From the IMG/VR virus record IMGVR_UViG_3300028327_000585: a DNA stretch of 64,000 nucleotides; one strand, given 5' to 3'. Position 1 is the first letter of the stretch. Each line of letters begins with the position of its first letter. Shown here one piece after another: positions 1-8,269 of this stretch. Position numbers and translations under genes: made by a program. Source of the stretch: a virus. A model generated the notes under the pieces. That model was given only the letters and a program-made list of their open reading frames with translations. It had not been told where the DNA came from and made no database searches.

Positions 1-738
1 CACGCAATGCAAGGGCGCGATATTGTTTTTCACAACGCGGCTTTTGTCAGCATACGAAACAGCTTTTTTCAGCCCCGGCGCGAATCCGAAATTAACGTGA
101 CAGGGACGATCAATGTTCTTGACGCCATGATTGAGACCGAAGTCCCCAAAATCATTTTTGCGTCCTCAATGGCTGTTTACGGCATCCCCAGACATGACAG
201 CGTTCACGAGGGCGACATCGCGCAGCCTGTCTCTCCATATGGTTTAAGCAAACTGAAAGGCGAAATGCTGTGCAGAATTTACTCCGAGCGGTACGGCATT
301 TCATACAATGTCCTGAGATACTTTAATACTTTCGGCGAGGGGCAGCAGTATTCCGAATACGTCGGAGTCCTGACGGCCTTTATCAATTTAGCCGAAAGCG
401 GCAAGCCCATAACCGTATTCGGAGATGGATCACAGGAGAGGGACTTCATCTTCGTTGGCGATGTCGTTCAGGCAAATATCCTTTCCGCGAACAACTCAAA
501 AAACGCTATCTACAACATTGGAAGCGGAACAAAGACCTCCATTCTGTCTGTTGCGAAAGCCGTTCAGCATGAGTATAAAAACGCTGAAATCGCCTATGTG
601 CCAAACCCGCCTGGGGAAATTCAAACTATACGCGCAAATATAGAAGCCGCCGCAAATGACCTCGGCTTTACGCCGACGCGGGGAATTTTGGAATACACAC
701 CCGTACTTTGTGCGAACGCAAAAAGGAACAGAGTCTGA
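1..738 (+). CDS. NAD-dependent epimerase/dehydratase (extended SDR), 5' part outside window
   Basis: Frame open from base 1; FASSMAVYG, catalytic YGLSK (YxxxK), LRYFNTFG and RDFIFVGDV motifs; the N-terminal GxxGxxG motif is not in the window. Confidence 0.9.
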   Translation, partial: HAMQGRDIVFHNAAFVSIRNSFFQPRRESEINVTGTINVLDAMIETEVPKIIFASSMAVYGIPRHDSVHEGDIAQPVSPYGLSKLKGEMLCRIYSERYGISYNVLRYFNTFGEGQQYSEYVGVLTAFINLAESGKPITVFGDGSQERDFIFVGDVVQANILSANNSKNAIYNIGSGTKTSILSVAKAVQHEYKNAEIAYVPNPPGEIQTIRANIEAAANDLGFTPTRGILEYTPVLCANAKRNRV

Positions 739-1470
739 ATGAAATCCGTCATACTGTGCGCGGGTGAGGGAACCCGCGCCTCCGCCCATACAAACGGCGC
801 TAATAAATGCCTGACAGAAATCCAGAATCACGGAGTGTTAATAGACTATTCCCTGAAAACAGCTATTGAATTGACCGGCGTAGCCATTGTGCTTGTCGGC
901 CACAGAGCCGAGGCCGTGCGTGAATACATAGACGCTTTCGTCACAAAATATTACCCGCAAGCACAGTTGTATTACGCCGAGCAACGAGAGCGCAGAGGAA
1001 TTTGCGATGGTTTGTTGTGTATAGAGCCGTTGCTCAGCGGCGATGATTTTTTGATGTTTCTCGGCGATGAAATCATAACTCAACCCTCCCATAAAAAAAT
1101 GACAGAACTCTTTTCTCATTCAGGCGCATTGGCCGTGTGCGGTTATGTTCGCGCCAAAAACATTGGAGACGTGCGGAAAACATACTCATTGCAACTGACA
1201 GACGGCAAAGTGTCGGATATTACCGAAAAACCATCAAATCCAGTCAATAACCTGATGGGGACAGGAAATTGCGTTTTCAGAAACACTTTCCTTGACCACA
1301 TTCGCGGGTATTGCAAAAAAACATCGTCATACAAGCCCTACTTTTCATTTCCCGATGTGCTGAAATACGCTGTGGACAGCGGGGAAACAGTCCTTGCTTG
1401 CGAGATTGGCAAGGCTTATCTGAACTTTAATTACATGGACGACATCGCATCATTTTTACAAGGGGAATAA
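739..1470 (+). CDS. Sugar-phosphate nucleotidyltransferase (NTP_transferase family)
   Basis: N-terminal VILCAGEGTR...NKCL, FLGDEI, ITEKP motifs; abuts the upstream stop codon. Confidence 0.85.
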   Translation: MKSVILCAGEGTRASAHTNGANKCLTEIQNHGVLIDYSLKTAIELTGVAIVLVGHRAEAVREYIDAFVTKYYPQAQLYYAEQRERRGICDGLLCIEPLLSGDDFLMFLGDEIITQPSHKKMTELFSHSGALAVCGYVRAKNIGDVRKTYSLQLTDGKVSDITEKPSNPVNNLMGTGNCVFRNTFLDHIRGYCKKTSSYKPYFSFPDVLKYAVDSGETVLACEIGKAYLNFNYMDDIASFLQGE

Positions 1471-1472
1471 AA

Positions 1473-2798
1473 ATGGAACCCATTGTTGTGGTCTATTCAT
1501 TTAACGACGCCTACGCGGAGCTTGCCGCCGTATCTATGACATCGCTGTTGCACAACACAAAAAGGGATTGTCACATTCACATTTTTAAAAATTCAGTCAG
1601 CGACGATGTAATGACAAAAATTCTCAAGTTGGAGGAAATGTATCAAAACGCCAAAATAACGGTACACCATATACCTGACAAAGCATTTGTCGAAGTCGCT
1701 GATAAACATTACGGAAAAGAAACTTGGTATCCTCTGCTTACGCCTGAAATCCTCAGCGATCTTGACAAGGCGCTGATTCTTGAGCCTGATACTCTTGTAT
1801 GCCGCGATGTTTCGGAGCTATTTGATATTGATCTCGGCAGTCATCCTTTGGCAGCAAATTTCCGAACTTCCCCCCCCGGTTGGTCCTTGCCTACTTGGTT
1901 TTGTAATAAGTCCACGAATTTTAATGCAGGCGTTTTACTTTTAAATCTGAAATACATACGTGAGAACGATTCATTCGACATGAAGAATCTCGTTGGAATC
2001 GTAAAGCGTATACGCTCCTTGTATGGTATTGACATGTGGTTTGCTCAAGAGACATATCTGAATTATATTATTGACCATGTAAGCGTGAGCTATCTTGATA
2101 TAAAGTATAATTTTACTTTGTCTTCTCCAAACCTATGGCGTCTCGAAATGTATTTATTCAACATGGAAACACGTTTTATTGAGTTGCGTAATGCTTTTAC
2201 AAACCCAGTAATAAGACATTATGTTTGTGATAAACCAAATAGTAAGCTATGTAAACATTCGCTTGATTCGGTATTATCGTGGTGGAAATACCGCACGATT
2301 TCACCCTTTGCCAATCAAGAAAAGGACGCCGAGTGCCTGGAGGAAATTGTGGCGTACAGGCGATGTTCAAGAAATTCCCCAATTTCCTACTTTGATTATT
2401 GTTACCGCTATTTCTCCAGCGATATCCCGGAAGCTATCGAAAGACTCAAAGAATTAGTGGATGCGGGCAAAAAAATTGCAATCTGGGGGATAGGTCGTAT
2501 GGGTACAGTGTTTATACGCCTATCACGCATAATGAACCTGATGCCGGATGTAATTTGCGATATGTCAAAGTGCGGCACTAAACTTGATGGTATGGAAATA
2601 AACTCACCAGGAATCTTAAAGGACATGGCAACAGACAGCATTGTGGTAATAGCCATTGAGGATCCCGCTATTTGGTTAGACGTAAAGAAAAAGCTGCTGA
2701 ACATGGACTTCCCCGAAAAACATATTCTTACACTCTGCGAACCTTTGGCGCTCGGCGGCAGAAGATGGAATGAAGTACTGCAATCCGTGGCACTATAG
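1473..2798 (+). CDS. Glycosyltransferase family 8 with C-terminal Rossmann-like domain
   Basis: YAELAAVSMTSLL, LDKALILEPDTLV (variant DxD), FNAGVLLLNL, IRHYV..KP; C-terminal KIAIWGIGRMG. Confidence 0.8.
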   Translation: MEPIVVVYSFNDAYAELAAVSMTSLLHNTKRDCHIHIFKNSVSDDVMTKILKLEEMYQNAKITVHHIPDKAFVEVADKHYGKETWYPLLTPEILSDLDKALILEPDTLVCRDVSELFDIDLGSHPLAANFRTSPPGWSLPTWFCNKSTNFNAGVLLLNLKYIRENDSFDMKNLVGIVKRIRSLYGIDMWFAQETYLNYIIDHVSVSYLDIKYNFTLSSPNLWRLEMYLFNMETRFIELRNAFTNPVIRHYVCDKPNSKLCKHSLDSVLSWWKYRTISPFANQEKDAECLEEIVAYRRCSRNSPISYFDYCYRYFSSDIPEAIERLKELVDAGKKIAIWGIGRMGTVFIRLSRIMNLMPDVICDMSKCGTKLDGMEINSPGILKDMATDSIVVIAIEDPAIWLDVKKKLLNMDFPEKHILTLCEPLALGGRRWNEVLQSVAL

Positions 2799-2843
2799 AT
2801 GTGGCTGTCCTCCGCTAATCAGCATGACTTTCCACGTTTTTGA

Positions 2844-3113
2844 GTTTTTTGTAATAAGCGTGCTAACATTAACTCGAAACTTGATGAATATGAAAACAAT
2901 GGGTGTCTTCCGAGTACTCCTGGCTTAACCAAGAAATACGGTGGCATTGGAGAACTGCGTTTCTATTTTGCCCCTGGATACTGCGTATATTTCTGCAGCT
3001 ATGGTAAAATTTTAGTACTATTGCTCTGTGGCGGCGATAAAGATACACAACCAACTGACCTGGCTACAGCGAAGATCATCAAATCCCGTGAACTCAAAAA
3101 ACTCAAACCCTGA
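2844..3113 (+). pseudogene. Degenerate addiction-module killer toxin (HI1419-like, RelE/ParE superfamily); no start codon
   Basis: Not in ORF track. Frame 2844-3113 reads ...GIGELRFYFAPGYCVYFCSYGKILVLLLCGGDKDTQPTDLATAK..., matching the family pattern ELRIxxGPGYRVYF...LLxGGDKxTQ; in-frame TGA at 2841 and no ATG. Confidence 0.75.
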
Positions 3114-3127
3114 AACAAGAGGTAACA

Positions 3128-3373
3128 ATGGCGACCAGACTTTACGATTCTGTTGAATTTCTTGCTGACGAAGCTACAATATACGCTTACTTGCAAACGG
3201 CAGCCGAAACAAACGACAACGCATTCTACATCGGTTGTTTGGACAAGGCCATACGCGCCCGAGCAATCAATCAGCTTGCGGACGCAAACTCCAATCCGCT
3301 TGTTGTCACTAAAATTCAAGCCACTTTTGCTACCACGCCAACACCTACGAAAGAATTGACAAATGCACAATAA
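3128..3373 (+). CDS. Addiction-module antidote (HI1420-like), HTH apparently deleted
   Basis: YDSVEFLADEATIYAYLQTAAE...LDKAIRARAINQLA matches the family N-half; lies directly after the toxin remnant with SD GAGG; the usual TGLSRESLY helix is absent. Confidence 0.7.
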   Translation: MATRLYDSVEFLADEATIYAYLQTAAETNDNAFYIGCLDKAIRARAINQLADANSNPLVVTKIQATFATTPTPTKELTNAQ

Positions 3374-3493
3374 TCAATATTCAGGATGGTTTTTTTGACC
3401 GCCAAATTTTGCAGGATTCACGCACTATTTCGTTTTTTGCCAGTCAAGCGTGTAATTCCCTTAATTCTTTAACACTAACCACAAGAGGACAAA

Positions 3494-4276
3494 ATGAAAG
3501 TAGTTATTCTCGCGGGCGGGTTGGGTACACGGATAGCTGAGGAGTCCCACCTGCGTCCCAAGCCTATGATTGAAATCGGTGGTATGCCCATTCTGTGGCA
3601 TATTATGAAAATATATTCTTTTTTTGGTTTTAATGAATTTATAATATGTTGTGGATACAAAGGCTATGTGATCAAAGAGTACTTTGCCAATTACTACCTG
3701 CACCGCTCAAATGTGACCTTTGATTTTTCCGCCGAAAACAACATGACTATCCACAACAGCATTTCTGAGCCGTGGCGTGTCACCATTGTTGACACCGGCC
3801 TCAGTACACAGACAGGCGGACGCATAAAACGGGTTAAATCTTATATTGCCAACGAAACTTTCATGATGACATACGGCGATGGCCTCGCTGACATTGACAT
3901 CAAGGCATTGTTGAAACAGCACAGAGACTCAGGTATGACGGCCACGCTCACCGCCGTCCAGCCCTCGGGTCGCTATGGCGTACTTGATTTGGATGAAAAC
4001 AAAAACTGCGTGGTCGGTTTCCGCGAAAAGGCAAGGGAAGATTCCAACTGGATCAACGCCGGTTTTATGGTGCTGGAGCCTGAGATATTCAACTATCTTG
4101 ACGGAGACTCCTGCATCTTTGAGCGCAGACCAATGGAGATACTGAGCCTTGAGAAAAAACTGGGCGTCTATCGTCACCGCAATTACTGGCAGTGCATGGA
4201 CACACAGCGTGACAGGGATGCCCTTGAGTACCACTGGAGCAGTGGGAGCGCACCGTGGATGATGGATAAGATTTAA
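3494..4276 (+). CDS. rfbF: Glucose-1-phosphate cytidylyltransferase
   Basis: MKVVILAGGLGTRIAEESHLRPKPMIEIGGMPILWHIMK, TQTGGRIKR, MTYGDG, WINAGF, WQCMDT. Confidence 0.95.
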   Translation: MKVVILAGGLGTRIAEESHLRPKPMIEIGGMPILWHIMKIYSFFGFNEFIICCGYKGYVIKEYFANYYLHRSNVTFDFSAENNMTIHNSISEPWRVTIVDTGLSTQTGGRIKRVKSYIANETFMMTYGDGLADIDIKALLKQHRDSGMTATLTAVQPSGRYGVLDLDENKNCVVGFREKAREDSNWINAGFMVLEPEIFNYLDGDSCIFERRPMEILSLEKKLGVYRHRNYWQCMDTQRDRDALEYHWSSGSAPWMMDKI

Positions 4277-4289
4277 CATCAAAACCTAA

Positions 4290-4379
4290 GAGCATGGAGG
4301 CACAGAATATGACCGCATTGGCTTTTATCTCAGGCACTACACTTATGGTTATTGCGAAACGGTGCTCTACGCTGTATAA
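4290..4379 (+). pseudogene. 3' remnant of an FkbM-like methyltransferase gene
   Basis: 30 codons ending GFYLRHYTYGYCETVLYAV*, resembling the usual FkbM-family C-terminus (YLRHY...ETVLYA); in-frame stop at 4287, no start. Confidence 0.55.
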
Positions 4380-4382
4380 TGG

Positions 4383-5297
4383 GTGACACTAATAATGATC
4401 AGCGTACTTATGCTCACATACAACCGCCAGGCCCTCGTAGGACGGGCCATAGAGAGCGTTCTGAACCAGACGCTCAGGGATTTTGAGTTTATCATTGTTG
4501 ACAATGGCTCTACAGACGACAGCGGCGCGATAGTTGACAGTTACGCCGAGCGCGATAGACATATCCGCGTGATCCACCGCGAGCGCGGAAACATAGGCAG
4601 CGGACGCAACGCGGCTCTGGACGCCGCCAGGGGCGAATACATGGCCTTTATTGACGATGACGACTGGTGCGAGCCTGATTTTCTTGAATTTCTCTATAAT
4701 CTAGCTGTGGATAACGATGCGGAAGTGGCCATTTGCGGCGCTACTGATAAGGCATTCGACGAAGTAATGATTATGACCGCGGAAGAGGCGCTCATAGAAT
4801 TGATGTGGCGCAAGCGCTACAACATGGCTTTTCCAACCAAGCTGTTCAAGGCTGAGATAGCGGAAAAACTGCGTTTCCCAGAAGAAGGCTCGTACGATGA
4901 CATAGCCCTGATGTACCGCCTGCTGGCCCTGCCAAAGCGTGTGGCCTATCACGGACTGCCGAAGTACACCTTTTACAGGCACGATAGCAACAACTCCGCC
5001 TGGACTACAGACCACAGCCTCCTGACTCCCGAAACTCTGGACGAGTACTTACACGCTTACCGTGAGCGCACGGAGTGGCTAAGCGGTCTGTTTCCCAACA
5101 GCGCGGCGGCCTTCCGCTACTTTGAGTGGTCTTTCATGATTTCCATGGTGGAAAAAATAACCCGACTGAAATTACCGGGCTGCGATGGCCAACTGGCGGA
5201 CATGACGCGGGAATTGCGGGCGCATAGCGATGAGTTTATGAACGGCGGCTATATACTGGATTTTGAGAAAGAGTGGATGAGACAGCATGTATTATAG
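4383..5297 (+). CDS. Glycosyltransferase family 2 (start possibly ATG 4395)
   Basis: ISVLMLTYNR, IIVDNGSTD, RNAALDAARGEYMAFIDDDD. Confidence 0.93.
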   Translation: MTLIMISVLMLTYNRQALVGRAIESVLNQTLRDFEFIIVDNGSTDDSGAIVDSYAERDRHIRVIHRERGNIGSGRNAALDAARGEYMAFIDDDDWCEPDFLEFLYNLAVDNDAEVAICGATDKAFDEVMIMTAEEALIELMWRKRYNMAFPTKLFKAEIAEKLRFPEEGSYDDIALMYRLLALPKRVAYHGLPKYTFYRHDSNNSAWTTDHSLLTPETLDEYLHAYRERTEWLSGLFPNSAAAFRYFEWSFMISMVEKITRLKLPGCDGQLADMTRELRAHSDEFMNGGYILDFEKEWMRQHVL

Positions 5298-5298
5298 C

Positions 5299-5713
5299 AG
5301 TTCAACTTTTTTAGGTTGAACTTAATACTATACAGAGGTAATTGCAAAACCCCGCTGCACGTCTGCTCCCGACCTTCCGCCGTCTCTGGCTGTATTTCAC
5401 AACTTGTTTATTGACAATATTTTACGCCAGAGCCTGCTCCGGTCGGGCGCAACCTACCAACTCCGTTGGACTTGCAAAACTAACGTTTTGCAAGTGGCTC
5501 TACAGACAAAAACTGTTCAACTGATATGTCTGCCTGCCTGAGAATGGCTCGAAGCGTCCCTTCGGGCAAATCGCCTGGGTGATTCGGAATGGTCGTGAAG
5601 CGTTGTGACGCTGTAGAATACCATATAGCAATTTTCGCTTTTATTGCTTGCTTACGGCGGGCAAAGCTCGCCTACAAGCAATAAGCGGCAAGGATTTACA
5701 AGTAAATCCTTGC
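5299..5713. repeat. Cluster of REP-like palindromes in host intergenic DNA
   Basis: Perfect inverted repeats: AGTTCAAC 5299-5306/5315-5322; ACTTGCAAAAC 5470-5480/5485-5495; TTATTGCTTG 5641-5650/5675-5684; GCAAGGATTTAC 5688-5699/5702-5713. Confidence 0.65.
5334..5501. mobile_element. Candidate MITE (168 bp)
   Basis: Imperfect terminal inverted repeats AGAG-N4-TTGCAAAAC (5334-5350) and GTTTTGCAA-N4-CTCT (5485-5501); no convincing coding content; no clear target duplication. Confidence 0.35.
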
Positions 5714-5935
5714 ATAGCAGTTCAGCTATAAATGGTAGATCGAACCAAAAATCATATTAACAGCATATAGCAAATAAGTATTTCCTAAAAATGTAAATAC
5801 TGAAATATATACATTTATTTTTTATTTGAATTCTTTGTGTATTGTAGTTTAATATCGTTTTTCTCAGACATCCTCTTTTGCCGAAAACGAAGATTGTTCT
5901 TAGCAGCCACTCTTCGAGCGATTTTTGGATGTTTG

Positions 5936-5952
5936 GGACACGGATCGGACAC
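5936..5952 (+). repeat. GGACAC direct repeat pair, candidate integrase arm-type site near the att junction
   Basis: GGACAC at 5936-5941 and 5947-5952, immediately before the integrase ATG (5957). Confidence 0.4.
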
Positions 5953-5956
5953 CAAT

Positions 5957-7213
5957 ATGCAAAAACTTCACTCACGCACTTCCAGAAAAAAACTCGCGGC
6001 AGGACAGCGGTTCCATGAACACGTGGCAAACGGTCAGTATCTGTGCTACAGGCGCCCCCAAAATGGGAGTGCCGGAACATGGTCCGCCAGGTTTTTGGAT
6101 GAATTTGGCAGTGAACATCTAAAAAAAATGGCTCTTGCGGATGATGACCTGCCAGCAAACGGCAAGACGGTCATGAGCTATGCTCAGGCCATACTAAAAG
6201 TAAGGGATGTTCTCGAAATTCTGCGCCTGCAATCCAGGGCAAAAGCGGCGGGTGAATACGTCATAGACGTTGATAAATACACGGTTGCTCAAGCAATGAA
6301 CGATTACTTTGAAAACAAGGAGCGAACCGGAAAGAGAAACAAAGGATTGAAATACTACAAGCAAAACTCTGATGCCTATGTAATACCAGAGCTGGGGCGT
6401 ATCCCTATGGTTCTTCTGACAAAAACCCGGATTGAGAAATGGCTGAGTTGGATTTCCATGTCGCCGCGCAGAACAAAGAAGTTTGCACAACCACCAAAAA
6501 GCGACGAAGAAAAACGGGCGCGGAAAGAAACGGCCAATCGCAACCTGGGTATCCTTTGCGCTGCCTTGAATTACGCGGTTAAAAACAACATCGAACTGGC
6601 GCGTGAGTGCATTCCCTATCAATGGCGATTGGCGGAGCGCTTCGAGGGGACTGGCAAATCAAGGGACGGCAAACTTTCAAAAGAAGACAGGAGTAAACTC
6701 CTTCAGGCTTGCAATCCTGATTTCAGAGATCTGGTTCTTGGAGCTTTGCTCACAGGCGCGAGATATGGAGAAATCATCCGTTTCAAATGCAGGGACTATC
6801 AGCACGGCAGCATATACGTTCCTGATTCCAAGAGCGGCAAACCAAGAACAATTCAACTGACGCAAGCGGGGGTCGCCTTTTTCGACAAATTGATACAGCA
6901 CAGGCGGGCGGACGAGCTGATTTTTACACGCGCAAACGGCAATCCCTGGATTAGAGGCGCACAAACACCGCTGATGACAAAAAGCTGTAAAGACGCCGGT
7001 ATAGCGCCCATTGTTTTCCACGAGCTAAGACACGAGCGCATGAGCAAGCTGGCAAACGCGGGGCTGGAGCCTGAATTGAACGCTCTTTTGGCCGGACACT
7101 CAGACACAAAAATGGGTGAGCGCTATTATATTCATCGCGAAAACAGACACCTGATTGCAAGGATTGAAGAAACAGGCGGACAGGATGATTGGGAACTATT
7201 GAAGATTTGTTGA
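5957..7213 (+). CDS. int: Tyrosine recombinase / phage integrase
   Basis: Catalytic set R (TGARYGEI), K (SKSGK), HxxR (FHELRH), H (LAGHSD), Y (ERYYIH); N-terminal arm-binding-like region; ATG 5957 preferred over the track's 5837 start. Confidence 0.93.
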   Translation: MQKLHSRTSRKKLAAGQRFHEHVANGQYLCYRRPQNGSAGTWSARFLDEFGSEHLKKMALADDDLPANGKTVMSYAQAILKVRDVLEILRLQSRAKAAGEYVIDVDKYTVAQAMNDYFENKERTGKRNKGLKYYKQNSDAYVIPELGRIPMVLLTKTRIEKWLSWISMSPRRTKKFAQPPKSDEEKRARKETANRNLGILCAALNYAVKNNIELARECIPYQWRLAERFEGTGKSRDGKLSKEDRSKLLQACNPDFRDLVLGALLTGARYGEIIRFKCRDYQHGSIYVPDSKSGKPRTIQLTQAGVAFFDKLIQHRRADELIFTRANGNPWIRGAQTPLMTKSCKDAGIAPIVFHELRHERMSKLANAGLEPELNALLAGHSDTKMGERYYIHRENRHLIARIEETGGQDDWELLKIC

Positions 7214-7216
7214 GCG

Positions 7217-7225
7217 TGGTAGCAT
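7217..7225 (+). promoter_or_regulatory. Extended -10 (TGG-TAGCAT) 5 nt before ATG 7231
   Basis: TGn-TAnnnT then AAGGA then ATG; member of the recurring leaderless-type set. Confidence 0.4.
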
Positions 7226-7230
7226 AAGGA

Positions 7231-7710
7231 ATGCTACAAATTAAATTGCTCCTTTACCTCAAAGAACTCGAAGAACTTGAAAAACAAGCCGCCGGACGCT
7301 TGCCTACATGGGGCCTCAAGAATCTGGTAGCCAGAGTCGCGCCAATTAACAATACAAAAGTTCTCGGCCCAATGCGTAAGCATTTGGCGGATATGATGAA
7401 TCGCCAGACGGGACATGCGATGAGGAACGGAGTTGACGCTTACGGGCAAATTGGAACGTCTATAGCTCAAAGCCGCCTTACCGATACCGCCATGCAATCT
7501 GTGAAGCGGACGCCATTATCTGATACTGTGGAGAATTTGAAATATAAAGTGTGGGATGGAGCACGCTATAGTGGAAAAGTAACGCCAATGACAGGAACTA
7601 CAGCCTTTAGTTTTATTGGTAGCGAATACAAACCCAACCCTGGAGTTAATTTCACAGATCCAATGTGGTATTTTAAGAAGTTTAGACAGCTAAAAAAATA
7701 CCCTCAATGA
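7231..7710 (+). CDS. Hypothetical phage protein, paralog of 37446-37913
   Basis: Shares ELEKxA and DAYGQIG[TS] with 37446-37913. Confidence 0.65.
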   Translation: MLQIKLLLYLKELEELEKQAAGRLPTWGLKNLVARVAPINNTKVLGPMRKHLADMMNRQTGHAMRNGVDAYGQIGTSIAQSRLTDTAMQSVKRTPLSDTVENLKYKVWDGARYSGKVTPMTGTTAFSFIGSEYKPNPGVNFTDPMWYFKKFRQLKKYPQ

Positions 7711-7717
7711 GGGTATT
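7692..7717 (-). terminator. Intrinsic terminator between convergent genes
   Basis: Perfect 9-bp stem AATACCCTC/GAGGGTATT with a 3-nt loop and a poly-U tail on the minus strand. Confidence 0.65.
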
Positions 7718-7720
7718 GGC

Positions 7721-7858
7721 TTAGGAAATCAAATTCCCAAGTATGTAACACATAACTTCTTTTAGCGTTTTTCCCTTAGAAAAGTGGCACAACCCAACCA
7801 CTATCCATGCGGCTAATACTGTAAAAAATATGATAAACGCTATTTTAGTCCCAGTCAT
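7721..7858 (-). CDS. 45-aa single-TM micropeptide MTGTKIAFIIFFTVLAAWIVVGLCHFSKGKTLKEVMCYILGNLIS
   Basis: Below track cutoff; SD AAGGAAGG; paralog of 8062-8181. Confidence 0.7.
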   Translation of the reverse strand: MTGTKIAFIIFFTVLAAWIVVGLCHFSKGKTLKEVMCYILGNLIS

Positions 7859-7871
7859 AGCTGCCTTCCTT

Positions 7872-8036
7872 TCAAAAGTGAGGGCACTCCCCTCTTTTTG
7901 TTTTTCTTGTTTTTTTTTGATGGAATGCTATCGGTTCAGTTTCATGCGCGTTACCCAATAGATCGTCTTTCAGTGAGAAATACAGGGTAACTGCGGCAAT
8001 ACACACTCCAATCATTACGAAAAATGTTTCAGACAT
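7872..8036 (-). CDS. 54-aa single-TM micropeptide MSETFFVMIGVCIAAVTLYFSLKDD...
   Basis: Below track cutoff; SD-like GGGGAAGGG; hydrophobic N-terminus, basic tail; LYFS shared with its neighbour. Confidence 0.6.
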   Translation of the reverse strand: MSETFFVMIGVCIAAVTLYFSLKDDLLGNAHETEPIAFHQKKTRKTKRGECPHF

Positions 8037-8061
8037 ACCCTTCCCCTAAAGTATCCTATCC

Positions 8062-8181
8062 TCAAAACAGACCTAGTATATCCCACAGTGCTTGTTTGAC
8101 ACTTTTGCCTCTGCAAGAGAAGTAGAGCGCAACGACAAAACAAACGGCCAAGACTGTGCAGTATATTCTGAATGGTGTCAT
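8062..8181 (-). CDS. 39-aa single-TM micropeptide MTPFRIYCTVLAVCFVVALYFSCRGKSVKQALWDILGLF
   Basis: Below track cutoff; SD GAGGAG; paralog of 7721-7858. Confidence 0.7.
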   Translation of the reverse strand: MTPFRIYCTVLAVCFVVALYFSCRGKSVKQALWDILGLF

Positions 8182-8238
8182 ACATTCTCCTCTCAGTCTG
8201 AGTATAGTCAAAATCAAAATGAACTAGCCTTCATAATA

Positions 8239-8251
8239 TTTATAACAAAAT
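8239..8251 (-). promoter_or_regulatory. ATTTTGTTATAAA extended -10-like element upstream of the micropeptide trio
   Basis: The identical 13-mer occurs at 16794-16806; both are followed by 4 nt and an ATG. Confidence 0.45.
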
Positions 8252-8269
8252 CGCCGCCGGACTTGCAGC

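Noticed and set aside
5757-6158. 133-aa minus-strand ORF overlapping the integrase start
   Set aside because: Mostly antisense to int, with a low-complexity AT-rich tail; no supporting motifs.
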